Positions 1 to 11,882 of a stretch of DNA of 64,000 bases are shown piece after piece; position 1 is the stretch's first letter; every line of letters begins with the position of its first letter. A program made the translations under genes and the position numbers. A model generated the notes under the pieces. That model was not told the origin of the DNA. It was given only the letters and a program-made list of their open reading frames with translations, and did not search any database. This stretch comes from Octopus sinensis (Eukaryota), in contig NC_043003.1 in assembly GCF_006345805.1 (NCBI RefSeq), positions 31,620,001 through 31,684,000 on the forward strand. Reading direction: 5' to 3'.

Positions 1-228
1 CGGCGAGCTGACGATTCTCGCCGCGTAAGCCATATACACTATACTGTAAGAACTTGTGTACAATAAACATGGGTGATCTCAGTGATAGTGCACACATACT
101 GATATATAGCACACACATTTAATATTGGTAAATAAAACATTTTCAGTTAATCCATCCGTTGTATGCACGATATCACCTCTTATATATAGTTTAAGATTTA
201 TAAGGAGCATATTATACATATACACAAA

Positions 229-390
229 ATGACGAGCTGGCAGAATCGTTAGCACACCGGGAAACATTATTAGCGACATTTCATCCGTCTTTACGTTCTG
301 AGATCAAATTCGGCCATAGTCGACTTAGTTTTCCATCCTTTCGTGAGCGATAAAATAAGTAACAGTCAAGCACTGGGGCCGATGTCATTT
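229..390 (+). mobile_element. tRNA-derived SINE, family A (GGCGAGCTGGCAGAATCGTTAGCAC head)
   Basis: gacgagctggcagaatcgttagcac...ttctgagatcaaattc...cactggggccgatgt; same sequence recurs at 16072, 25755, 30941, 34086, 49864, 63655. Confidence 0.85.
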
Positions 391-2733
391 CAGAAGTTGT
401 GCCTATAGTAGGCACACACACTCACGCATATATGTATAGATAGAAACAAACTTGTTAGTAGCTTAAATGTTCTCAGCGCTGCCATTCTAGATAAATAGAT
501 AAATAGAAAGACATAAATGTAGATGGTAGAAATGTATATATAGAAGTGCGGGTATAAACATTAAACAAATGTAATAGTCACTATCAGCGCGCATTGGTTA
601 AAGCAATTCTAACTCTTTTGTTATATATGTCACTAATGTTATTTTGAGAATCTGGAACTTTCCTACAATCACAACTTAAATTGAGTTCATTAATTATTTA
701 CAATTCTTCATATTTCTGGTCGCACGGACTCAGACTATTATTTGAAGACGTGTTTGATTGTATGAAGTCATGTAATTTGCTATAATTAGCACACTTTAAT
801 GATATTGATCGATATTTCATTAAGTTATAGAGAGAAAACAAGTGTCGAATGGGTTTCTCGGTACTCAAAAGTTACAGCAAGAAAATATGTAAGTCCCCAA
901 ACTAGGATTGGTTTTTCTTGAAAAAAATATTCGATGCACTCGTTCCCCTCTCCTTCCCTTATATATATATATATAATATATATATATATATAATATATAT
1001 ATATTATATATATATATATAATATATATATATATATTATATATATTATATATATATATATATACATATATACATACACGTACACACACACATATATATAT
1101 AATATCAAAGGGTAATCTGAAATATTAGAATTTTCCATTACCAGTGGTCTAGCGTGTAATACTTTAGTCAATAGACTATATATTATTCATATTTATTGAT
1201 ATAAATACAGTGTACATTTAAAGACATAAGCGGTATCCATCATAGGACTACCTCTTATGTGTTTAAATGTACAATGTATATATATATATATATATAATAT
1301 ATATATATATGTCTGTCTGTATATATATATATATATATTATATATATATATATATAAATACAAAATAAGAAAATGGAGAAATACATCTAAATCAATGATC
1401 AACTATCAGATAATATCCAATCACATACTTTATTAAACTACTACATATGAACATTAAGGTCAAACATAATAATATAGAACAAATCAGTGTACATGAAGGA
1501 GTAATATGATACAATAAGTACAATATGTATAAGAGAATATAAATAAATATAAATAAATATAAATATAAATATTAACTACATCTTACAGCTGTTTCGGCCA
1601 TGCAGATATGGGTGTCTCATTTTACTTATATTAGCTATGTTGGATAGGTCAATATGTAGTTATAAATGAGACATTTACAAAAATATCCCAAGGCCTCTTC
1701 GGAGATTATGAAATACAAACCAAATTAAATATACAGCCATATAAGTGTGGGTACATTCCCATAATATATCATATACACATACATATGAGTGCATATACTC
1801 ATACTCCTATACATATATATACATATATATACATATACATAATAATATAAATCAATAAACATACATATGTTCCATATTCAATGTTACAGTTTTTTAACTT
1901 GATATGATATTACAATGTAGAAAACATACACATATTAATACTCAAATGCAGATATACAGAGTCAAGAGTACATTATATCAATTTATATTAATTTACAAAA
2001 TGTCATTAATGTTAACATCATTACTATTATCATTACCACTAATGCTACCAATATCATTATTCTTATTATTAATAACACTAATACTAGCAAAACAATATAT
2101 AGATCACATTATTAGCAACATAATAGCAAAACCAAGAACAACAATAGTACTAGAGTACCATGCAAAGCATTAAATATCTGCATATACATGCAAAATGAGA
2201 AATAAAAGCATTTGGTTTACATGATATTAAGTTCCACAGGTGTATAAATGTACATACGAGTGCAAGTTATAATTTCAATTGTGACACAAAAACAGTATTA
2301 CGTTCAGAAATAGTTCAAAATCGACCGCTAAAATATGATTTGATTGTACATTTAAATTTAAATTACAATTGCCTTCTTTACGGTTTGTTTGTTAAGAAAC
2401 ATCCACACACGCACACTTGCAAACGTGCGCCCACACACACATACACAGACAAATCACAACATAAGAGATACCAGCCCCCCTACACACATGTTTACATACA
2501 AATCTACTCACATATATCCATAAAAATGCATACATGCAAGCACACAGACATCTACACCCAGTCGATGTACGTTATTATCATAAGATACATAATTAAAATA
2601 ACACCGTATATTTCGTAAACAAATTATCGTGCCACTGAAACTTCTATATCTTTACAATTTCGACTGTGTTTCTATTCAAACTTTCACTAATAAACCAGCA
2701 CAGGCATGGAAAAACTATACCAACATACACACA

Positions 2734-2764
<31 letters not shown>

Positions 2765-3665
2765 GCACATCCGCACATATCCATAAACATTTATACACTC
2801 GCATGCACTGCATCTGCAAACATTCGCATATACATATATACATATTTAAATATGCATTTGCGTACTCATACATATAAGAAAAACATATACACATATATCC
2901 ACCCATGAATATACATATACATATAAAAACATACATACACATACATATACATATGAACACATTTCGACATATTCACATATATTTACGAAATTACAAAATA
3001 TATGTCTGCTCATCAAAGGATGTATAAATACATACACAATAAGTTAACAGAAATTACTATTAATTAAGATATAAGTAAATTAATTATAAATTAAATTAAT
3101 TATAAATTAATAAGTGCTATTACTTAAAACATAGAATAAAATAAAATAAAATAAATAAATAAATAAATAAATAAGAATAAATAAGAATGAATGAATGAAT
3201 AAATAAATAAATAAATAAAATAAATAAATAGAAATATATATATATCTATATATAAATAAATAAATAGATAAATAAAATAAAATACAAATTAAGATGAGTA
3301 CAAAGATAAACTTAATATATAAGACTGCCAAACAAATACATGTAAAAACTTATATGCTCATCCAAAATAAACAACGTATACTAAATATAGACGCACATTT
3401 GTTACATATTAGTATAACAAAATCCAAAACCAGCGCCCTAAGATATGATACGCATATACGCCCGACACCCGTGCAAAACTCCATGAAGATCAGAATATCA
3501 CGTATATATCAAAATACATATATATTTCAGTATATTTTTCAAGCCGGGACAAAAACAATCAATATAGAACATATATATGGAGATAAAAAATTATAAATTA
3601 TAAATTATAAAGACCAATAGTACAATCCTATATAGAGGAATGTTAAAATATTACTGGTAGAAAAA

Positions 3666-4110
3666 CTAGGTGCTACTTAAATCTAGAGAAAGTATAAGCG
3701 AATTTGTAAAGGCAAAAAGAAAATTTCGCTCGTTAATATTATTAATAATGGGTAGGCCAGCTTTCATGATGAAGAAAATTTCATTGATACATAAAGAGCA
3801 TTTTTTATTTGTACTATTGTATACAGGTGCAGAGCAGAAGTTAGTATTTCCCAATTTAATTTAAAATCTATTTTCTTGCTCTTGAGTTCCCAAATATACG
3901 TACTTAACCCCGTAGAATTCATCCTATTTTTATTTTTAAAAGTATATCTATGATAGTTTAGCCGTTGTTTCATACTATTTTTAGTCGCACCAATGTACGC
4001 CCTACTGTTATATTGTGTATTTACAGTGCATTGATAAACTACCTTTTCCTCAGGCATTCATTACTAAACACACATTGATTCCTATTTCTGAGATTGCAGC
4101 TATTAACAGA
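3666..4110 (-). pseudogene. PLE GIY-YIG endonuclease domain, frameshifted
   Basis: SCNLRNRNQCVFSNECL / KVVYQCTV...RAYIGATKNSMKQRLNYHRYTF...STGLSTYIWELK...WEIL, then CSLCINE in a shifted frame (ORFs 4039-4395, 3764-4057, 3666-3854). Confidence 0.88.
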
Positions 4111-5089
4111 TTGAGGAAATTTAACCTTGGCAAAATTCCCTGTATCCCTATTCCTATTAATAGTATTACACATATTTTCAAGACCTAATCCTAAATTTAA
4201 CGAGAGTTTATGTTTAATATTATTGGTGATATTCTTATCAATAGGATTACTATTACGGATAGCAGTATCATCCATTAAATTAATATGTGTCGTTACAGGT
4301 GTAGTACTATTATAACTAGCGTGAGAGTTGCTCACGTTCGCACTAATAGATTTATTGCATGTACGGTTATAGAGAGGCAAATTACTACTACCCAAATTTA
4401 TCTTTCTATCATTATAGAAGCAATCTAATTTCCTGTTATTAAAGGAGGAAATGATGGTGGCTAAATTATGCGTAATGCTAATCCTATTCTAATAGTTTTA
4501 TTGTTAATTATTTGGCCAAATTTATTCTTACCCTTAACAAAGTGCCTATATAATAAATTATGTATTATTCTAACTATATCTGTTTTAATATGCATTGCAT
4601 ATGGGATTATTAGCCATAGTGCTTCGTTATCACTATGTGGGTTACCTATCAAATTGTTATTGTTGGCAAAAACCCTATTTCTCTTCCATCCCATATGCTT
4701 TCTACCTTTAACATTGTCAATATTATGCCTAGAATCCATCTTAAAATTAGTTTTATTATTATTGTTATTATTATTATTATATTATTATTATTATTATTAT
4801 CATTATTATTGCGTAAATAAACTTCACTATTACCATACATAATATCATTGTTATTATGCATATTGTTAATATTACTACTATCACTATTGTGCGCTAAGTT
4901 ATTTAAACTAATGTTAACAGCTCCAAAAGTACCAAAACCCGTATTATTGCCATATATATTTTTATATAGCATATTTTTCTTTATCCTACAGTTATTATTG
5001 TCCCTTCGAAATTTATTTGTGTTATTCGTAATAGTTCCACCTGTATTCGAAAGATTATTATTGGGTATATACCAAATTTTACTTGTGTA

Positions 5090-5990
5090 GCCTGCCTTAA
5101 GCAATGCCGTATTATATCTTTCACAATGCTTATTAAATACGTCACCGTTTGAGGATAGATAAGAGATTATCTGACTAATGCTACGTACCAGTGACTTTTT
5201 AATTTGAGGGGGGTGGGTGATTGCTAGAGTAGTTTATATATACTAAGTTAGAATTAGGTTTAATAAAAGGTTCATGTATCCCATTAGTAAGGTTGCAATT
5301 GACATCTAAATAATTGGCAGAGTAATTGTCGTTTTCAATAATTATGGATAGGCCAAAACATTAAAAAAATTTATGTAGTCGTTTTTTCAGTAAATCTAGC
5401 CTCCTATTAGATGTGTTTTTGACTAGAAATAAAGCGTCGTCTCTATATAGTCCGCCCTTTAATTCAGGGAATTCCCTATTTAGGTTATCGAGTAAATACA
5501 TCCCGACTAAATCTGTCACTTCCGCTGAATCCGGCGAGCCCATGGTGGTGTCGAATAAATTGGGTGTGTCCTTTCTAGCCCATAATTTGTTATCAAACTC
5601 TATTAATGTTTTTCTAGCTGTTAAGATAACCTTTACCTCCCCCATACTTAAATTGGTGTGTCTCCTAGCAAAAAGTAATGCCTGATTTAATATAATAGGG
5701 TTAATGGAAGAGTAGTAATTTTCTATATCCAATTGGATGAATTTATTGCTACTATTATTACTAACCTTAATTGTAGAGAACCAATCTAATGCACCCTGAG
5801 TATTTTTCCAAAGGCTGAGCTTAATTTTGTTACGTATAGTCGGTAAGTATTTGTCAAGAATAAGTTTACTCAATTTACCTAAGTCAGACTTGGTAGGGCA
5901 AATCAATCTGACCTTTGTGTTACCAAGGAAGTTTTCCTTATGGTCTTTAAGTGTAATTCTCGGTCTAATGGGGGTATAAGGTTCACACAC
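5090..5990 (-). pseudogene. PLE reverse transcriptase (core and thumb), disrupted
   Basis: ITLKDHKENF..VRLICPTKSDLGKLSK, QLDIENYYSSI, MGSPDSAEVTDLVG, GGLYRDDAL; in-frame TAA at 5361-5363, then NYLDVNCNL...YINYSSNHPP. Confidence 0.92.
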
Positions 5991-6461
5991 ATGGCTAATG
6001 TAAGTAAAATGAGGCACCCATATCTGCATGGCCGAAACAGCTGTAAGATGTAGTTTATATTTATATTTATATTTATTAATATTTATTTATATTCTCTTAT
6101 ACATATTGTACTTATTGTATCATATTACTCCTTCATGTACACTGTTTTGTTCTATATTATGTTTGACCTTAATGTTCATATGTAGTGGTTTAATAAAGTA
6201 TGTGATTGGGTATTATCTGATAGTTGATCATTGATTTAGATGTATTTCTCCATTTTCTTATTTTGTATTATTAATTTGTGGTAAAACATTTTACCTTTGC
6301 CCATATAATACCATAACTGAATTAATTGCATCGCAATTCTTAACATTTATGTATTAACTTTGTTGGGTACTTCACTAGCAGTATATTGGATATATGCTAT
6401 CCATGTAGGGTTGCATTTACAACCCTATCTCAATTTGTATATATATATATAATATATATAT

Positions 6462-6494
<33 letters not shown>

Positions 6495-6514
6495 ATGTAT
6501 GTATGTATATATAT

Positions 6515-6560
<46 letters not shown>

Positions 6561-6562
6561 AT

Positions 6563-6596
<34 letters not shown>

Positions 6597-6693
6597 ATAA
6601 TATATATATATGTACGTATGTATGTATATATATGTATATATATATGTATGTATATATATATATATGTATGTATATATATATATGTTAGAGGAA

Positions 6694-7118
6694 AGCATCT
6701 CCAGACACTGGGGATTCCGTCATCATAGACAAGGTGAGCATGTATGAAATTTCCAGACAGGGAATTCAGAGTTTATAAAGGAATAAAACAGTAGGTATAA
6801 GAATAAAGAGCAAACAGTAAATAGAATACCAATAAGGGAAGATTAATTAGATTAAGTGGTTCCTTCAGCATGAACACGATATTCAAAATACTGCCGAAAT
6901 ACTGTCTGGATTTACTTGAAATTATACTCAAGGACCTATACCTTCACGGAAGTACGGATCAGCCCCCATACACACTGGAAGAAGATGATCAGTGATCTTT
7001 ATTCAATTGTCTGTATTCTTCTTCATTCATACTCACCTTGTCACCCATGACGGAATAGGCAATGTATGGAGATGCTAGCCTAAAACTTGGGATATCCCAG
7101 AAACAGCTGTAAGACATC
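6694..7118. repeat. Fold-back element with ~55 bp imperfect inverted arms and the 3' half of a hammerhead-like motif
   Basis: 6694-6748 is an imperfect reverse complement of 7022-7076; followed by TGGGATATCCCA-GAAAC-AGCT-GTA. Confidence 0.6.
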
Positions 7119-7365
7119 AAATAAACAATTAATTAACTAATTAATTACTTCAAATTCACCTTATTCTAATTAAATATTCAAAATTATTTGAGATACTCGA
7201 CCTGCCTTGGTTTTGTTGTTTATTTTCCTCTAATAATTACTTTCTAACGTGGAAACCTTCTATGGATCCGTAGCCCCAGCCCTAGTTGTGAACTTGGAAG
7301 CTAACGGATGACCAATTATAGCACGTACACAGAGTACCTATTCGTTTAAATCACCAGTGAACTAA

Positions 7366-7366
<1 letters not shown>

Positions 7367-7453
<87 letters not shown>

Positions 7454-7508
7454 CTATCTATCTATCTATATCTATCTATCTATCTATCTCTCTCTCTATA
7501 TATATATA

Positions 7509-7542
<34 letters not shown>

Positions 7543-7560
7543 ATGTGTGTGTGTGTGCGT
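7367..7560. repeat. Compound microsatellite (ATCT)n/(TA)n/(TG)n
   Basis: directly visible. Confidence 0.95.
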
Positions 7561-7739
7561 GCGTGTGTCCTTGAAATTTAAGTGGCCATGAAACCAAATC
7601 AAACTGTTTTATATATGTAACTCCCACTAAACATGTTGAAAGCCCTTTTGTTTCGTTTTTCCACTCACAGAGACACAGACACACACACCCAAATAATAAA
7701 GATTTCCCCTGACCCACTTCACAAGTCCTAGAATAATCG

Positions 7740-8170
7740 AAACTTGACATAATTATTAGCCTTTATCTACATAGCCACCACCAATGGTAAAATTCTTCTC
7801 CTATCGCTTTATGCATCTGTGAAGACCTCCTCTGTACAAGTCGGTAATATGCGTCTGAAGCCAAGAAATAAGTTTCCATTCAAAAAGGCTTCATGGTTGG
7901 AAAGAGGTGCAAGTCAGATGGTGCGAGGTCGGGAGAGTAAGTGGGGATGAGGAAGGATTTCATAGCTGCGGGAGAGTGTTTTCATACGGGCAGCATGTGC
8001 ATTCTAAACTGGATCATTGCACAGGAGGAGGCGGATTCCTATGGTTACCATGCCACACCTCTCTGTTTTGATTATGGCAACTTATGCCTCCATTATAACA
8101 CCTTAGTCCACCTCTTCAGCAACCGTAAAAGACGGACGAATACTGGTAGAAAGCTGAAATTTAAAATGTG
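7740..8170 (-). mobile_element. mariner transposase 3' relic
   Basis: reverse complement reads LPHP-(frameshift)-YSPDLAPSDLHLFPTMK and ends GGGYVDK. Confidence 0.75.
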
Positions 8171-8593
8171 ACTTGTATAGACATGTATAACTATAGCTGT
8201 ACAAGATTCGTTTCCTGCAATAAATGGAAGTGGGTCACAGGAAATCTTTAATGAACACACCTCATATATAGTAATTTTTTCATATATCCCCAAAATAAGC
8301 ACAATCTACTCTAAAGAATTAGAGCAGTTGTGTATCTTTTAGGAAGTTAAAAGTTATGGCCGATCATCGAGTGACCATTCATTTCGCACCTATAAAGCGC
8401 TTAGCAGTATAGTTCACTCCTCAGGCTCAAATGGCTGAAGGTGCATAAAATCTCATTAGCTGGATAAGCGCTTTTCTGGTGCGAAACGATTGGACACTCT
8501 ATGATCGGTCATAAATTTTAACTTCTACACACATACACAGACACATTATACATACATACATACATATATACATACATACATACATGCATGCAT

Positions 8594-8635
<42 letters not shown>

Positions 8636-8662
8636 TATATATAATATATATATATATATATC

Positions 8663-8996
8663 TACGGAGTCAAAACAGCCCCATCTGTGACCATCGTATT
8701 TTTTTATTCTGACACAATATCTAGGACATTATTTTATATGTTTTATTTTGTTTGTTGGAATTAGTTATTAGGTTATTTATTTCAAGAAGGTCAAGTGCAG
8801 CTGTGTGGTAAGAGACTTGCTTCCCAAAGACGTGGCTGAGGCCCACTGCTTGGCACATTGGGTAAGTGTCTCCTTCTGGAGCCTCGGGTCCACCAAAGCC
8901 TTTTAATTGAATTTGGTAGACATAAACTGAAAGGGGCCATCATATGTATACACACATACATACACACACACACACACACAAATACACACACACACG

Positions 8997-9032
<36 letters not shown>

Positions 9033-9171
9033 CATATTCTTGACCTTCTTGAAATAAATAACCTAATAACTAAGACCTACAAAAAAATAAAACATATAAA
9101 ATAATTTCGTCCTAGATATGGTGTCAATAAAAAATTACGATGGTCACAGATGGAGCTGTTTTGACTCTGTA
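8663..9171. mobile_element. TA-flanked MITE-like element, ~133 bp TIRs, enclosing a family-B SINE
   Basis: 8663-8795 is an imperfect reverse complement of 9039-9171; both ends read TA-C(G/A)GAGTCAAAACAGC. Confidence 0.8.
8793..8945 (+). mobile_element. tRNA-derived SINE, family B (GCTGTGTGGTAAG...GGTAGAC.GAAACTGAAAGAAGCCCGTC)
   Basis: matches ~10 other copies in the window. Confidence 0.8.
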
Positions 9172-9360
9172 TACACACGCACACACATATATATATATAT
9201 ACATATTCTTGACCTTCTTGAAATAAATAACCTAATACTAAGACCTACAAAAAAAATAAAACATATAAAATAATTTCGTCCTAGATATGGTGTCAAATAA
9301 AAAAATTACGATGGTCACAGATGGAGCTGTTTTGACTCTGTATATACACGCACACACACA
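9012..9360. repeat. ~170 bp tandem duplication of the right TIR
   Basis: 9039-9171 repeated nearly identically at 9208-9342. Confidence 0.9.
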
Positions 9361-9589
9361 TATATATATATACACTATATGTGTCTGGGGGAATGATTCG
9401 CTTTTAGTGCCTTATAATTCAACACACTCACCGGTAAAATTTCCACTAATTTACTTATCTATTTTTGTGTTATATCATCAGGTACAAAAAGAGAAGGATT
9501 CTCCCCACAAACAATATGCTTCAGCACACGAACTGACATAAAGAACTATTATTATTGCACGGAAAACAACTGCACAGCCCATAAAAAAT

Positions 9590-9645
9590 GCGCATGCGTG
9601 AAAGGAAAAGTATGAAATGACGCCACTTTAACCATCGCACCCTGT
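9590..9645. mobile_element. Solo Tc1/mariner-like terminus
   Basis: ends ...catcgcaccctgTA (TA-CAGGGTG start on the minus strand); no partner TIR found. Confidence 0.4.
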
Positions 9646-9794
9646 AACTAAACGTATGTAAGTATGTATGTATGTGTGTATGTATGTATGTATGTATGTA
9701 TGTATGTATGTATGTATGTATGTATGTATGTATGTGTGTATGTTTGTTTGTATGTATGTATATATGTTTGTTTTTATGTATGTATGTATGTATG

Positions 9795-9842
<48 letters not shown>

Positions 9843-10766
9843 GCGGTATAACATTCCGATGAAGGGTAATACTAGTCTGGTCGCCTAGCCAGTTGCCTTG
9901 TATCATTCTAAGGCCAATGCAATGCGAAACGCATGGTGACTAGCGATGTAAAACTGCATAGAAAAATAGGGTTGATACCATGATACCATGATATTTGAGA
10001 CTCACACACATATATATATATATATATAACGCCTACTTATATATGTGTGAGTGTGTGTGTGCGTGCACCAGCATTATGTAGTAGAACGTGCAAAATATTT
10101 GCCTGGCTCAAGTGTCACACAAGGGTCTCACGTTGGGTTAACTTTAATTCATTTCGATGATTCTTTTTCGCAATGGCATTGGTCGTATCCGAGAAAGCAG
10201 CTAAGATATAAAATCCAGTACTGAAGGCATAAAACCTGACGCTTTTTTCTTAACTTGTTGTGATTAATATTATGCTGTATAGATTTTAACCAGCATTGTA
10301 TGCAATAGACAAATATAAACAACTTGTTTCTATATACGTCATCAATAGACCTTACATTTATATTCATTATATTCGTGGACTTAAATGTCGAGATTAGCCA
10401 GACGGTTTGAAACATGTTTTGGCATTTTATCAGCGACCAATTATTCTACTTTATTCATCTGTTCACAGGAATGCATTGCTTTCCTAGAAACTATTACTAA
10501 AAACTTAAGTAAATCGGATAGACCAAGTTGCTTATTTAACATATACTTGGCAAGACGTTGAAAACTTTCTCTTTATCTTCGTGAACAGTAATTGTGTGAC
10601 AAGCGAGACTACTTTTAATTTTGAGCTAAGATTCCATGATCGAATGGTTACTCCATTTACATCGCGGGCAATATATTTAGAAACAGCTTGTTATGAAAAG
10701 CTTAAGTAATTTGGCAGGGCCTATGTGCGTATGTATCGCATTTATGGCAGTAAGTTCAGTTATTAG

Positions 10767-11841
10767 AAATTACTGGTTAACAGTATATTTTGTTTACGGT
10801 ACTGGACTACACAATATGTCAATAACTTTTAGCTAACAGTATCTGAAAACAGTCCGGTAATTACACATTAGTTATATCCATGATTTTATTTTATATAATA
10901 CCAAGTATTTAGATTTGTATAATAAATATAGAATTCTTTCAATCCATACGTATATTTTTACTGGAACATTTAATGAATCAATAATTTATTGTTAAATTTT
11001 GACGGATCTACTTCGTGTAATAGAAGGTTTTATAGGCTGTATCTCCACTTGAAAGAGGATACGCGATTGTGGATGGCATCCCAAAAGAAGATTGAAATGA
11101 CTCTAGATTATCCTCGTTTTATGTTCTAGCATATATAGTATATAGGGCGAGTGTTTACACACACTTTATATGCATGATTATTTGTTTATCTTTTGTTTCA
11201 GTCATTCGACTGCGGCCATGTTTGGGTACTGCCTTGAAGTGTTTAGACCAGTTGGGAAATGTTGGTGTGTGACAAGTTTAAACACAAACACACACACACA
11301 CACACACACACACCACGTTGTTGGCATACTGCAGAGTGTGCGGCGTGTGAAAATCCCTATGGTGTATTATAATCAAATGAATAATAACAGACGATGGATA
11401 ATTGTCAGCTCGTTACAGATGTTCCTTACGCATTTGTTTAATAGAAAATTGTGAACATTGCTTCATTGCAAATATAGCAATGTTCTCATTCTTCTACTTA
11501 GGAAATGCGTAAGAAACATCCGTAATGAGACAAATGTCCATCGTCCGATATTATATACATACATACATACATATATAGGGATGGTTTACGAAAAAAAAAA
11601 CAAAAGACGAAGACAGGTGGTGTACAAAAGAAACAGATGTATTAGTATAACGCTCAGGAATAGAAAAAGTCTTTTACGTTTCGAGCCTACGCTCTTCTAC
11701 AGAAAGGGACACAGAAAAAATAAGGAGAGAAACAAGGAGAGAAAAAAATGTGTGTAGTGGCTAACGATCTATCATGGCGACTGGATATATATATATGTGT
11801 GTGTGTGTGTGTGCGTGCGTGTATGTATGTATGTATATATA

Positions 11842-11882
<41 letters not shown>

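Larger units (their letters stand above)
1357..6269 (-). mobile_element. Penelope-like element (PLE), 5'-truncated with inverted terminal duplication
   Basis: RT and GIY-YIG coding remnants on the minus strand; 1357-1640 is the reverse complement of 5989-6269; hammerhead-like motif at 1580-1706. Confidence 0.88.

Noticed and set aside
1-23. CGGCGAG/CTCGCCG hairpin containing CTGACGA
   Set aside because: Cut by the window edge; no GAAA box or stems for a hammerhead
9430-9490. TTTGTACCTGATGA shared with 41492-41507, each followed by GAAA
   Set aside because: No credible stem II or stem I; more likely a shared repeat fragment than a ribozyme
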